Shown here: one piece after another, positions 31,079 through 41,668 of the stretch | Position numbering within the stretch: the first letter of the stretch is position 1 | How the letters are laid out: each line of letters starts with the position of its first letter | Position numbers and translations under genes: made by a program | Notes under the pieces: model-generated | Seen by the model: only the letters and a program-made list of their open reading frames with translations | Told to the model about the DNA's origin: nothing | The model's database searches: none | Source: Candidatus Bathyarchaeia archaeon | GTDB lineage: Archaea > Thermoproteota > Bathyarchaeia > Bathyarchaeales > Bathycorpusculaceae | Length of the DNA: 64,000 nucleotides | Direction of reading: 5' to 3' | NCBI GenBank assembly: GCA_038883655.1 | Contig: JAVZLQ010000001.1 | Coordinates: 64,001-128,000, forward strand

Positions 31079-31990
31079 GTGCATGTGGGCGGCAAAATCA
31101 AACAGGGCTTACTGAAATTTAACACACTACGCAGAATTGTCCAGGTCGTTTCCTTCGTGCTCTTTAGCACTGCATTCTTTAATGCTGGCGCGACGCTTTT
31201 GCTTCCTGTCCTCTGGACTTGGGGTCTTCAACAAAATGTTGTGGGCGACGCCTTCACTGCTATACAGTTGATGCTTTATGATGTTGTTTTCCCATGGTTA
31301 GCTCTTGCCTCATTTCTAGTCGTAGGCGTTTTGCTTGGCAAATCTCTATGCGGTTGGATTTGCCCCTTCGGCTTTGTCCAGGACCTATTGGGCTTTATAA
31401 AACGTAAAAAGGAAGAAGTTTCGCCGCGCACCCACGAAAGCATGCTCTACATGAAATATCTCGTTCTGGGCGTAACTTTGTTTATAAGCTTAACATTTTC
31501 AGCATCTAAGCTTGCTGGCGTCCACCAGAGCTATGAAAAAGCATTTGGTGTTTTCGCCAAAGCGCCATTCACTACAATAAGCCCAGCAGAAATCCTTTTT
31601 GGGACAATACCGCGGACAATCCACGATTTTCGCACAAGCACCTTAGATGTTTTTTCCCAAATAGCGAACTTGCCACCGCTTTTCTGGTTTCAAATTTTCA
31701 TGTTAATTGGCGTCATTATATTCACGGTTTATGTTCCGAGAAGTTGGTGCAAGTACTTCTGTCCACACGGGGCGATTATGGCTATAATGAACAAGTTTAG
31801 CTTCATTGGTTTGCGTAGGGACCCAGCAAAATGTGCCAAAGGTTCATGTCGTCTTTGCGTTGAAGCGTGTCCTATGCGTGTTAAGATTTTGAATTTGCCT
31901 TGGGAGAAGTTCAGCGACCCAGAGTGCATTTACTGTTTAAAGTGTGCTGATGCGTGTCCATACGGCGCGATAAAAGTGAGATATCCATAG
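31079..31990 (+). CDS. NapH/MauN/YccM-like membrane 4Fe-4S binding protein
   Basis: CGWICPFG and WCKYFCPHG motifs, TM helices and two C-terminal ferredoxin motifs. Confidence 0.85.
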   Translation: MHVGGKIKQGLLKFNTLRRIVQVVSFVLFSTAFFNAGATLLLPVLWTWGLQQNVVGDAFTAIQLMLYDVVFPWLALASFLVVGVLLGKSLCGWICPFGFVQDLLGFIKRKKEEVSPRTHESMLYMKYLVLGVTLFISLTFSASKLAGVHQSYEKAFGVFAKAPFTTISPAEILFGTIPRTIHDFRTSTLDVFSQIANLPPLFWFQIFMLIGVIIFTVYVPRSWCKYFCPHGAIMAIMNKFSFIGLRRDPAKCAKGSCRLCVEACPMRVKILNLPWEKFSDPECIYCLKCADACPYGAIKVRYP

Positions 31991-31991
31991 A

Positions 31992-33200
31992 TCAAGCCCA
32001 AGCGCTCCGCAAATATTCTTCCAAAACGCCTTCGTACACATTTCTTGTTTGATTGGCTATCTCATCCCAATTATATTTCTCTCTAACTTTTTTGAAGGCA
32101 TTGTTCCTTATCCAATCCGCATATTTCTCGTCTGTTAAAACCCTCGTTATCCCCCAAGCCAGCGACTCTGGATTGTTCACGTAGACTTTTACTCCATCAA
32201 CGTCATGCTCAACGATTTCGGACAAGCCTCCAGTATCCGAAACCACAACCGGGCTTTTGGCCGCCATGGCCTCTAGGGCTACTATGCCGAAGGGTTCGAA
32301 GAGCGATGGCACAACCGAGACGTCTGCGCATTTCTGCAGTTTTTTCAGCGTGTCATCATCAACGAATCCCGTGAAAATTACCTTGTGGGACAAGCCCATG
32401 TTACCAATTAGGCTTGAAAGCTGCTCTTTCATATAGCCGTTGCCCACAATTATGAACTTCGCGTTAACCTTTTCGAGAACCTTTGGAACAGCATTCACAA
32501 GCACGTGAACTCCTTTTTCGTAGACGAGTCTTCCGACGAAGAGCACGATTTTCTCTTCTGGCAATGCGAATTTGCTTCTGAACTGCCGCAAGTCTTCTGC
32601 TTCGTTTCTCGAGTATACTTCTACGTTTACGCCGTTTGGAACCATGACAAGCTTGTCTTCTGGAAGCCCAAAAGCCCACTTAACATGTGAAACCATGTAG
32701 TTGCTGCAGCATATAACCTTCCAAGCCTCATAGGTTAGCCAAGCCTCGGTTTCATGAATCATTCGTTCATAATCAAAATGTATTCCATTTCTGCGTCCAA
32801 TTTCTGTTGAATGGATTGTAGCCAAAAGTGGTTTCCTAAAAACATGTTTTAAGCCTATTCCCGCGTTCGCCACAAGCCAGTCGTGCGCATGGAAAATATC
32901 AACTTTTCCGCCCAAACTGCGCACTATTGCCGCTGCTTCCTTTTGCATGTTAACATTCATCAAGTAAACCCATGTTGCAAAGTCTGGAGAGGGGTTCTTG
33001 TAGGAGTCAATCCTAAAAACTTCAACTCCACCATCCAAAACCTCGTGCTGCGGCGCCCCCGGAAAATCGCATGTAACCACATATACTTTGATGCCCTTTC
33101 GCGCTAAACTTTTGGATAAATTGTAAACATGAGGTGAGATTCCTCCGATGATTCTTGGCGGGAACTCCCAAGTGAGCATCATGACTGTCAGGTCTTTCAT
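31992..33200 (-). CDS. GT4 glycosyltransferase (glycogen synthase-like)
   Basis: WEFPP..GG, HAHDWL, TIHSTE.GR, FVGRLVYEKG and PSLFEPFGIVALEAMA. ATG at 33200 overlaps the upstream stop (ATGA). Confidence 0.9.
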   Translation of the reverse strand: MKDLTVMMLTWEFPPRIIGGISPHVYNLSKSLARKGIKVYVVTCDFPGAPQHEVLDGGVEVFRIDSYKNPSPDFATWVYLMNVNMQKEAAAIVRSLGGKVDIFHAHDWLVANAGIGLKHVFRKPLLATIHSTEIGRRNGIHFDYERMIHETEAWLTYEAWKVICCSNYMVSHVKWAFGLPEDKLVMVPNGVNVEVYSRNEAEDLRQFRSKFALPEEKIVLFVGRLVYEKGVHVLVNAVPKVLEKVNAKFIIVGNGYMKEQLSSLIGNMGLSHKVIFTGFVDDDTLKKLQKCADVSVVPSLFEPFGIVALEAMAAKSPVVVSDTGGLSEIVEHDVDGVKVYVNNPESLAWGITRVLTDEKYADWIRNNAFKKVREKYNWDEIANQTRNVYEGVLEEYLRSAWA

Positions 33201-33823
33201 TTCGCGTTTTTGCCTCCAGCCACCGCGCAGTATATTTCCAAGATGCTTTTCAACCATCCTTGCGATTTTAGCTTTACCACGCTTATCTTTTCCAGTGGAA
33301 CCTTGTAGATTCTGAAAACTTCTTCTCGCATCCACTCTGATTTGACAATGAGCCTTTTAGCTTCATACATTCCAAGCCACTCAATGCTTTTTATAGCCAT
33401 ATTAAAAGGCGAGTTTGCCCCGTGTGAACGGTGCTCTTCAAGGCTTTCAACAGAATAGATGAATGGTATGCCAAGCGCCTTTTTCAAGGTTACAGCCGCT
33501 GGGATAAAATGCCAATCATGGGCATCTATCAAATCTACTTTTCTGTTTGCCCTATAATACACGTCTGCTGCTGCCCTTTCAACTTCTTGGTTTAATGTTA
33601 AGACCCATGTGAGCACGCCTATGTGTGTGCGCACAGGATTTGTTACTCTGTGTGTTTTTACGCCGTTTTGCTCGTTGGATTCTCCAGTCAAATAGTCATG
33701 GTACGTGACAACATGGGTTTCCACGCTATTTTTTGTAAGTTGTGTTGCCAACTTCTTAACGTAATATGCGAGTTGCCCCACAATTCTTGGAGGGTATTCC
33801 CATGAAAAGATTATTACGCGCAT
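33197..33823 (-). CDS. GT4 N-terminal-domain-only protein
   Basis: SWEYPP.IVG, DAHDW and YSVESLE are present. No GRL..KG or EPFG motif; the protein ends in W...ILEIY. Confidence 0.75.
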   Translation of the reverse strand: MRVIIFSWEYPPRIVGQLAYYVKKLATQLTKNSVETHVVTYHDYLTGESNEQNGVKTHRVTNPVRTHIGVLTWVLTLNQEVERAAADVYYRANRKVDLIDAHDWHFIPAAVTLKKALGIPFIYSVESLEEHRSHGANSPFNMAIKSIEWLGMYEAKRLIVKSEWMREEVFRIYKVPLEKISVVKLKSQGWLKSILEIYCAVAGGKNAK

Positions 33824-33831
33824 TGGTTTCA

Positions 33832-34080
33832 CTACGTGAAAAGCGCGCAGACCTTTATTATTCCACGTCCAGTGAGGTAGTATCGCTTTTTCCCATCGTT
33901 GTCCATGAAGCTTTCCACAAAACCCTCAATCTTATAGTTGTCAAGTGCTCGTTCAACCTCGCCAATGTCGAGCTGCAAAACTTGCGCCAGTTCTTCACTT
34001 CTCCTTGCCAAATCAGCGGCGGTAGCACATAAATTGTGCAGTGTCTGCAAAATTTTTTCTGATGTTGGGAGTTCCCCCAT
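33832..34080 (-). CDS. Small winged-helix protein
   Basis: EELAQVLQL..GEVERAL...EGFV...KRYYLTGRG wHTH pattern. Confidence 0.65.
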   Translation of the reverse strand: MGELPTSEKILQTLHNLCATAADLARRSEELAQVLQLDIGEVERALDNYKIEGFVESFMDNDGKKRYYLTGRGIIKVCALFT

Positions 34081-34155
34081 CAAACTCTCACCCTTGAATG
34101 TTCAAACATAGTTTTGCGCTTTCCGCCTATAAATAGGTGCGTACATTTCGCAAGT

Positions 34156-35703
34156 TCATAAATACTTTGTTGCCTCTTGCACTTGCGTTTTAATTTCGGC
34201 GAACCTTTCACTTGCAACTTTAATTAGTAACCTCCTTAGCTCTTCTCCTTCTTGCTTTTCAACCCTAATCTTCTTCAGCTTATTCGCCAACTGTTTATCA
34301 TGAAGCGAATTTTCAACCCACTGTTCAAAGTCGCCGCGGTGCCAGTGAAATTCTATGGATTTTGCGTCTACTTTTTTGAGGGCGTTTATGAAGCCCTTTA
34401 GACTCCAAGCCATGAAGCCCGTAAACTTGTCTTTTCCAACGCCAGTGTAGAACAGGAACGGTTCATTGGCAGCTGAAATTGCAAGTTTTACTCTATTTTC
34501 GAAGTCCAAAGCCACAGCATGCGCGGTTACAAATGCGTCTGTGGGCGAGTTGAAGGGACTGAAGTAGGAGTGAACTTCTCCTGGTCCACCGCCAGCCATA
34601 AACATATAGTACAAGTGGTCACTTGTTTGCAAATAACGCCATATCCGCGTTAGGTCTTTGTCTTCAGCCTCCCTAATTAAAGGTTCAAGTCGCCTTATGC
34701 ATGTGTAATAAGCCCACTGCATCGTATTGCCAAGCCAGCAACTGGCGTCTCTTTCCAAGTCAGCCCATGAAACTGTTCCACCAAGCTCTGGAACGTCTAT
34801 CTCTCCAGAAACCGCGTATTTATCTACAACCTCTGACGGCGTAGCCATGTGCATGTGCCACCACTTCAAAATTTCCTTTGGCAAATGCCTCAAAAAATCG
34901 TGGATGCCAGTTTCTGGCCAGTGGTGTTCGCCGAAGGTTTCATAGTCTGGAAAGATGTTTACGCATTGTCCTGGTGTTGCCGCGAGCCAGCTTGCATATT
35001 TGTCTGCGGTTAGCGGCCACTCGCTCCACCATCTTGCCGAGAACCTAAACCCTATGTCGTCTGTCAGCTTGTAATTTCTTAGTAGAACTTTGATTTTTTG
35101 GCAGCTTTTGGGCTTGTAGAGGTAGTTTGGCGATTTCTCGTGAAGTATCCTTTCTACGCCTTCTGTGAATATTCCTTTGTATCCCATCTCTTCAGCTGTT
35201 TTTGCTATGGCGTTGTTATACAGTAGTTCCGTGTTCTCGAAGACTTTTGGCGTGTATCCAAGCAAATCCCTTACTGCTTGCTTGTGCATTTTCACCTGTT
35301 CGATAAATTCACTTCTTTCTGGGTATAGGCTTGCAAGAGAGTGGTAGTATGTTTGGCTTAGAAATTCTACGCATCCAGTTTCTGCGAGTTGTTTGAAGGA
35401 TTCTAGGAGGTCTTTGTTGAACATTTCACATTGTTCTAGGAAAATGCCAGATATGCTAAACGAAAATTTCACTTGCTTTTTCTCCCTTTTATGCGCGTCT
35501 ATCAGCTCGAGCAATATCTGGTTTGATGGAAAATAGCATTTTCTACACGCTCTGTCGAAAACTTCTCTATTCACAACATTGTCAAAATAATATTCGAATA
35601 GCTCATTTTTCTTTACATGCCTAAACGTTTTGTTTTCCCAGAAAAAGTTCTTCTTTAGGCGATGTGGCTGGTGAACTTCGAATACAAACACTATGTCTGT
35701 CAA
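34156..35703 (-). CDS. GH57 alpha-amylase/amylopullulanase-like with C-terminal DUF5752-like domain
   Basis: FEVHQP, QTYYHSL, FENTEL, DDIGFRF, DYETFGEH, SWAD and QTSDH. Tail EPFLFY.G...SIEFH..RGDF..WV. Confidence 0.88.
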   Translation of the reverse strand: MTDIVFVFEVHQPHRLKKNFFWENKTFRHVKKNELFEYYFDNVVNREVFDRACRKCYFPSNQILLELIDAHKREKKQVKFSFSISGIFLEQCEMFNKDLLESFKQLAETGCVEFLSQTYYHSLASLYPERSEFIEQVKMHKQAVRDLLGYTPKVFENTELLYNNAIAKTAEEMGYKGIFTEGVERILHEKSPNYLYKPKSCQKIKVLLRNYKLTDDIGFRFSARWWSEWPLTADKYASWLAATPGQCVNIFPDYETFGEHHWPETGIHDFLRHLPKEILKWWHMHMATPSEVVDKYAVSGEIDVPELGGTVSWADLERDASCWLGNTMQWAYYTCIRRLEPLIREAEDKDLTRIWRYLQTSDHLYYMFMAGGGPGEVHSYFSPFNSPTDAFVTAHAVALDFENRVKLAISAANEPFLFYTGVGKDKFTGFMAWSLKGFINALKKVDAKSIEFHWHRGDFEQWVENSLHDKQLANKLKKIRVEKQEGEELRRLLIKVASERFAEIKTQVQEATKYL

Positions 35704-35848
35704 AGCTTAGCCTCTATCCCATTTTATCGCTGTATGTTATTTTAGCTTATTTGCTTAGTTCAACGCTGTTTTAGTAATTTTTATATTTGATTCGGATTTT
35801 GAATTCATAATTTATTTATCCGTTGCACCACATCTCCATAACACAAAG

Positions 35849-36571
35849 GTGAAACGTTTGTCAATTGAAAAACTGAAAGTTGAAAGCCACCAGGAACTAG
35901 AACAGCTAATAACCAGCGAGATAAATAAGGTGGAGAAAAACCTAACAGTCATCTGCAGTAACATACCAATAAATGATAAAGCAACTCTGGACATTCTGTG
36001 CCACGACGATAATGGGCAACTGGTCATAGTGCAGGTAAGCGTCGAAGAAGACGACACCATGTTCTTACATGGAATCCAAAGCATTGATTACGTTGACAAG
36101 TTCAAATCCTTCCTAAAAGCAACGTACAACAAACACAAAATCGACGACAAAACCAAACCGAGACTAATACTTATTGCGCCACACTTCTCAGATGCTTTAC
36201 GCCTTGCCGTAGAGGGAATGAAAGGCATACGCGTTGACCTGTACGAGTGGGAATATCTAAAGCTCGGAGACCATAAGGGGCTCCACCTCCAACCCATTTT
36301 TACTTGGGCGCCACCTGAGAAGCCGAGGGAAAAAGAGGAAAAAACAGTTGAAAAGAAACGTGAGCCAAAACCCATAAAAAAGAAAGAGCCGCCTATGCAA
36401 ACGCCTCCAGTTGTTGAGAAGAAGGAAGAACCAAAACCAACACCGCCACCAGTGAAGGAACCACCGAAAGAGGAGCTTCCGCCGTTTCCGCCACCACCAG
36501 AGCCAAAAGAGGAGAAACCAGTTAAGCAAGAACCAACAGAGCAGCCAAAGAGAAAACTAAAGCTGTTCTAA
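35849..36571 (+). CDS. NucS/DUF91-like nuclease-fold protein with Pro/Glu/Lys-rich tail
   Basis: ELEQLI...LDILCHDDNGQLVIVQVS...PRLILIAPHFS, followed by a low-complexity PKEE tail. Confidence 0.6.
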   Translation: MKRLSIEKLKVESHQELEQLITSEINKVEKNLTVICSNIPINDKATLDILCHDDNGQLVIVQVSVEEDDTMFLHGIQSIDYVDKFKSFLKATYNKHKIDDKTKPRLILIAPHFSDALRLAVEGMKGIRVDLYEWEYLKLGDHKGLHLQPIFTWAPPEKPREKEEKTVEKKREPKPIKKKEPPMQTPPVVEKKEEPKPTPPPVKEPPKEELPPFPPPPEPKEEKPVKQEPTEQPKRKLKLF

Positions 36572-36620
36572 AACATCGCTTCGCCGTTTCTGCCCTTTTA
36601 CTTACTTGGACGGTTTCTGT

Positions 36621-37919
36621 TTGAGAATCGGTTTCTTTGTCTGGGAGTATCCTCCCGCGCTTGTCGGCGGCCTGGGCACGTACGCCGACTACATTACACG
36701 TGAATTTGTTTCCATGGGACATGACGTAACCGTTTTTACACTTAATCCTGGAAACTTGAAAACCCGCGAAATTGTTAGGGGCGTTGAGGTTCACAGACCC
36801 TTAATTGTGAACGCCAGCAACGTCTTTCCAATGTTCGTTATTGACGACTTAAAGAAGTGGGGAACAAACATTCGCTTGTTCAACGACATCTTCATATACA
36901 ATATTCTGAGCGCAACAAAATTCATAAACAGTATGTTGAAAAAGGAATGTTGCAACTACGACGTTGTATGTGTTCATGACTGGCTTAGCAGCATCGCTGG
37001 AATCCTCGTGAAAAACGAAACAAAAGTTCCAGTTGTCTTCCACGTTCACAGCACCGAATGGGGTCGAAGCGGAGGACACGGCTCCGAAGTGGTCTCGTAC
37101 TTAGAGTGGGAGACAGCCCAAAAAGCCGACAGAATAATAACCGTAAGCCACGCCATGCAGGAAGACCTTGTCCGACATGGATGGCCAAAATCGAAAATAA
37201 GCGTTGTATGGAACGGTGTTGACCCAGAACGCTATAACCCCAAAAACTGTAGGGCTGAAGAAGTTGAAGCCATACGCAACAAATATAACATAAAACCAGA
37301 CGAAAAGATGATTCTCTTTCTCGGCAGGCTCACATGGGTTAAAGGCGTCACAAACCTTATCCAAGCAATGCCCCTTATCTTAAGCGAATACCCAAACGCC
37401 AAACTTGTGATTTTGGGCAAAGGCGAACAACAAAACGACATCGTTGAAGCTGCAGATAGGCTTGGAATAAGTAAAAACGTCATCTGCAGATTCGATTTTG
37501 TTCCAGAAAAAGAACGCATACTGCACTACGCAGCTGCGGATGTCTGCGTTTTTCCATCCACTTACGAGCCATTTGGAATAGTAAGCCTGGAAGCCATGGC
37601 GATGGCAAAACCAATAGTTGTTGGCGCACAAGGCGTGGTCGGTTTCAGAGAACAGGTTGCACCATACGGCCCAGACCAGAACGGAGTACACGTGAACGGT
37701 GGAAACCCAGCGGACATCGCATGGGGAATAAAAGAAGTTCTGTGCGATTTAGAAAGAGCCAAAAGGTGGGGAGAAAACGGCAGAAAACGTGTCCTGCAGT
37801 ACTTCACGTGGAGGAAAGCCGCTGAACAAACCCTAGAAATATACAGCAAGCTTCAGCATCCGAAAGAGCAAGACGAGTATCGCGTCGTAGATCTCATGGA
37901 AAAAATTACAAGAGCATAA
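36621..37919 (+). CDS. GT4 glycosyltransferase (glycogen synthase-like)
   Basis: WEYPP.LVGGLG, VHDWL, HVHSTEWGR, FLGRLTWVKG and PSTYEPFGIVSLEAMA. Confidence 0.9.
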   Translation: MRIGFFVWEYPPALVGGLGTYADYITREFVSMGHDVTVFTLNPGNLKTREIVRGVEVHRPLIVNASNVFPMFVIDDLKKWGTNIRLFNDIFIYNILSATKFINSMLKKECCNYDVVCVHDWLSSIAGILVKNETKVPVVFHVHSTEWGRSGGHGSEVVSYLEWETAQKADRIITVSHAMQEDLVRHGWPKSKISVVWNGVDPERYNPKNCRAEEVEAIRNKYNIKPDEKMILFLGRLTWVKGVTNLIQAMPLILSEYPNAKLVILGKGEQQNDIVEAADRLGISKNVICRFDFVPEKERILHYAAADVCVFPSTYEPFGIVSLEAMAMAKPIVVGAQGVVGFREQVAPYGPDQNGVHVNGGNPADIAWGIKEVLCDLERAKRWGENGRKRVLQYFTWRKAAEQTLEIYSKLQHPKEQDEYRVVDLMEKITRA

Positions 37920-37937
37920 AGAAAAAGGGAAAATTCG

Positions 37938-39167
37938 TTAAGCTTTTTTCGCAGCGGCTTTTTCCAGCGCCACAACGCCTGGCAGTTTCTTTCCCATTAG
38001 AAATTCTATTAGTGCACCTCCAGCCGTGCTTACGTAGGATATTTTGCTTGATAATCCAAGTTCTTGCAGCGCTGCTATTGTGTGTCCTCCGCCAGCAAGC
38101 GAGAAAGCCTTTGAATTTGCAATTTCCTCAAATATTCGCTTTGTTCCGAAAACAAACTCGATTCTTTCGAAGACCCCCATTGGCCCGCTTACAACGATGG
38201 ACTTTGCATTTCTAATTATTTTCGCGTATTCCTCAACTGTTTTCGCTCCAATGTCAAACATTTGATAGTTCGTGGGCAAAGCGTCAACGGTAATCTCCTT
38301 CCTTTTTCCATCAGCTTCTACAGCAACGTCCACCGGCGTCTTTATCTTGCCTGGATACTTTTGCATAAGCTCCTTTATTCCAGGTATTAAGCCCGTAAGC
38401 TCCTTTTTTTCTAGGAATTCCATGTTTGGTTTTCCAAGGTCAACGCCCTTCGCCGCTAGGAATAGTTGACCGATAACGCCGCCTGTGAGCACATAGTCTG
38501 CTATGTTATTGCCTAAAACATACTTTGATATCTCAAGTGAGTCGTCGCCTTTTGCTCCGCCGAAGATGAAGACGCATGGTTTTTCTGGTTTTTCAAGCAC
38601 TCTGCTTAAGGATTTGAGTTCTCTCTCCATTATACGTCCAGCGACACTTGGCAGAACCGCCGTAAAACCTATGATCGAAACGTGTGCTCTGTGTGCTGCT
38701 GCAAATGCATCATTCACAAAGATGTCAGCTAGTGGTGCAAGGTTTTTGACAAGCTCTGTTTCCGCGTGCTGTTCTGGTGTCCCCTCTTTTGTTTCTCCAG
38801 CAAAGTTTCTAACATTGTCCAGGACAAGTATTTCGCTGCTTTTCAATCCTTTTATGGCTTCTTTGGCTTTTTCTCCGAAAACCTCATCAACATACTTAAC
38901 TGGTCTGCCTAAAATTTTTCCGAGGATTTCCGCGTGCTGTTTCAACGGTATAAAGTCTGGGTCACCCTTTCGTCCCTGATGCGCCAAAACAACAACTTTC
39001 GCGCCCTTTTCCGCCAACTCCTTTATCGTTGATTCGCCATGCGCTCGAATTCTCGAGTCATCCAAAATCTTTTTAGTTTCCGGGTCTACCGGCGAGTTGA
39101 AGTCAACCCTAACAAGCACAACTTTATCCCTGACTTGAACATCATCTAGAGTTAGACATTTTGCCAT
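37938..39167 (-). CDS. pgk: Phosphoglycerate kinase
   Basis: RVDFNSP, AHQGR, NDAFAAAHRAH, GGAK, GPMGVFE, GGGHT and STAGGA. Confidence 0.96.
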   Translation of the reverse strand: MAKCLTLDDVQVRDKVVLVRVDFNSPVDPETKKILDDSRIRAHGESTIKELAEKGAKVVVLAHQGRKGDPDFIPLKQHAEILGKILGRPVKYVDEVFGEKAKEAIKGLKSSEILVLDNVRNFAGETKEGTPEQHAETELVKNLAPLADIFVNDAFAAAHRAHVSIIGFTAVLPSVAGRIMERELKSLSRVLEKPEKPCVFIFGGAKGDDSLEISKYVLGNNIADYVLTGGVIGQLFLAAKGVDLGKPNMEFLEKKELTGLIPGIKELMQKYPGKIKTPVDVAVEADGKRKEITVDALPTNYQMFDIGAKTVEEYAKIIRNAKSIVVSGPMGVFERIEFVFGTKRIFEEIANSKAFSLAGGGHTIAALQELGLSSKISYVSTAGGALIEFLMGKKLPGVVALEKAAAKKA

Positions 39168-39232
39168 TTTTACTCCCTCTAAACCTTTATAAAATAAAAA
39201 ATTGGGGGCTCTAAATTTAAGCCTTGAAGCCT

Positions 39233-40246
<1,014 letters not shown>

Positions 40247-40306
40247 TTAAACCACCCTTATGTTATATCTGCTTTAAATACCCACATTTGCTAATTAATT
40301 TTTGCG

Positions 40307-41653
40307 CTAGCGAAGCTTCATTAAGACCATTTCAGCAGCCAAGACGAATGGCTCCCAAGTTTCGCATAGGGGCGGTGCGTAGGCTGTGTCTGCCTTGGCC
40401 AACTCTTTAACTGTCATCTGTTTTTGTATAGCTAATGATATGACGTTTATTCGCTGTGTTACCTCTTCTCCGCCGATTATCTGGGCGCCTATAACCCTTC
40501 CAGACTCTTTTTCAACGACCAGTTTCACTTTTATTGGCAGAGCGCCTGGATAATAGTCTGCCTTTGTTTTCGAAGAAATCGTTCCGGTAACGGTTTCAAT
40601 TCTCGCCCTTTGTGCAGCGTTTTCAGTTAAGCCCGTGGCGCCCACATCCATGTCGAAAAGTCTTGTCACGGCAGAGCCTAAAACTCCGGTGAAAAGCGAG
40701 TATCCTCCAGCTGCGTTTATTCCAGCAACCTTTCCATGTCTAACTGCAACGGTGCCTAGTTGTTGAAGGGTTGGTCTCTGTGTGACGATGTGTATGGACT
40801 CTGCGCAGTCGCCAACAGCATAAACGTCTTTTGCGCTTGTTTCCATTCTTGCGTTTGTTTTGATGGCTCTGGTTTCTCCCAAATCTATTTTCGCGTTCAC
40901 GGCAAGTTGCGTGTTTGCTCTTACGCCAAAGGCGCTTATGAACAGGTCTGCGGTTATCTGTTCGCCTCCAGCGACGATGCCGGTTACTTTTTCTGTTCCG
41001 AGGAACTCTTCAACACCCTTTCCAGTTAGAATGTTGATTCCCCTTTGTTGAAGCATTTCTTGGACAACCTTAGCCATGTCAGCGTCCAGCATCTGCGGCA
41101 AAATTTGGGGCAGCAACTCCACAACAGTCACGTCCAAACCTCTTTCTTTTAGGGCTACGGCTGTTTCTAAGCCAATTAAGCCAGCGCCCATAATCACCGC
41201 TTTCCTTGCCCCTTCCTTGACTGCTTGGGCAATTCTTTCGCCATCCTCTATTGTGCGAAGTGAGTGGATGCCCGCTTTTTCTCTGCCTTTGATCGGTGGG
41301 ATGAAACTGCTTGCACCCGTTGCTATTATTAGGCTGTCATATGCGATGGTTTCGCTTTTGCCATCCTTGTCTAAGGTCTCAACGGTTTTTTTCCCAGTAT
41401 CTATCGCGGTGACTTTTGTTTCGGTTTTTAGGTTCAGCTTCATCATTTGGAAGTACGACGGCGGAAACACGATGAGGTTTTGGAAGCTTGGTATTTGCCC
41501 ACCTAGGACGAAGGGTAGCCCGCAACGTGAATAGCCAGCATGCTTCTCTTCAGTTATCAATGTTATCTCCGCAGTCCTATCGGTTTTTCTTGCCGCCGAG
41601 GCTGCGTCGACCCCCGCTGCGTGCGCTCCAATTATAACTATGTGTCTTGGCAT
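40307..41653 (-). CDS. NADH oxidase / CoA-disulfide reductase family flavoprotein
   Basis: IIGAHAAG, YSRCGLP (single redox Cys), GAGLIGLE, YAVGDC and TAYAPP. Confidence 0.9.
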   Translation of the reverse strand: MPRHIVIIGAHAAGVDAASAARKTDRTAEITLITEEKHAGYSRCGLPFVLGGQIPSFQNLIVFPPSYFQMMKLNLKTETKVTAIDTGKKTVETLDKDGKSETIAYDSLIIATGASSFIPPIKGREKAGIHSLRTIEDGERIAQAVKEGARKAVIMGAGLIGLETAVALKERGLDVTVVELLPQILPQMLDADMAKVVQEMLQQRGINILTGKGVEEFLGTEKVTGIVAGGEQITADLFISAFGVRANTQLAVNAKIDLGETRAIKTNARMETSAKDVYAVGDCAESIHIVTQRPTLQQLGTVAVRHGKVAGINAAGGYSLFTGVLGSAVTRLFDMDVGATGLTENAAQRARIETVTGTISSKTKADYYPGALPIKVKLVVEKESGRVIGAQIIGGEEVTQRINVISLAIQKQMTVKELAKADTAYAPPLCETWEPFVLAAEMVLMKLR

Positions 41654-41668
41654 TGTTCTGTTCCTTCT

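Noticed and set aside
36300-36560. Repetitive-looking purine-rich DNA
   Set aside because: It encodes the low-complexity Pro/Glu/Lys tail and is not a DNA repeat element.
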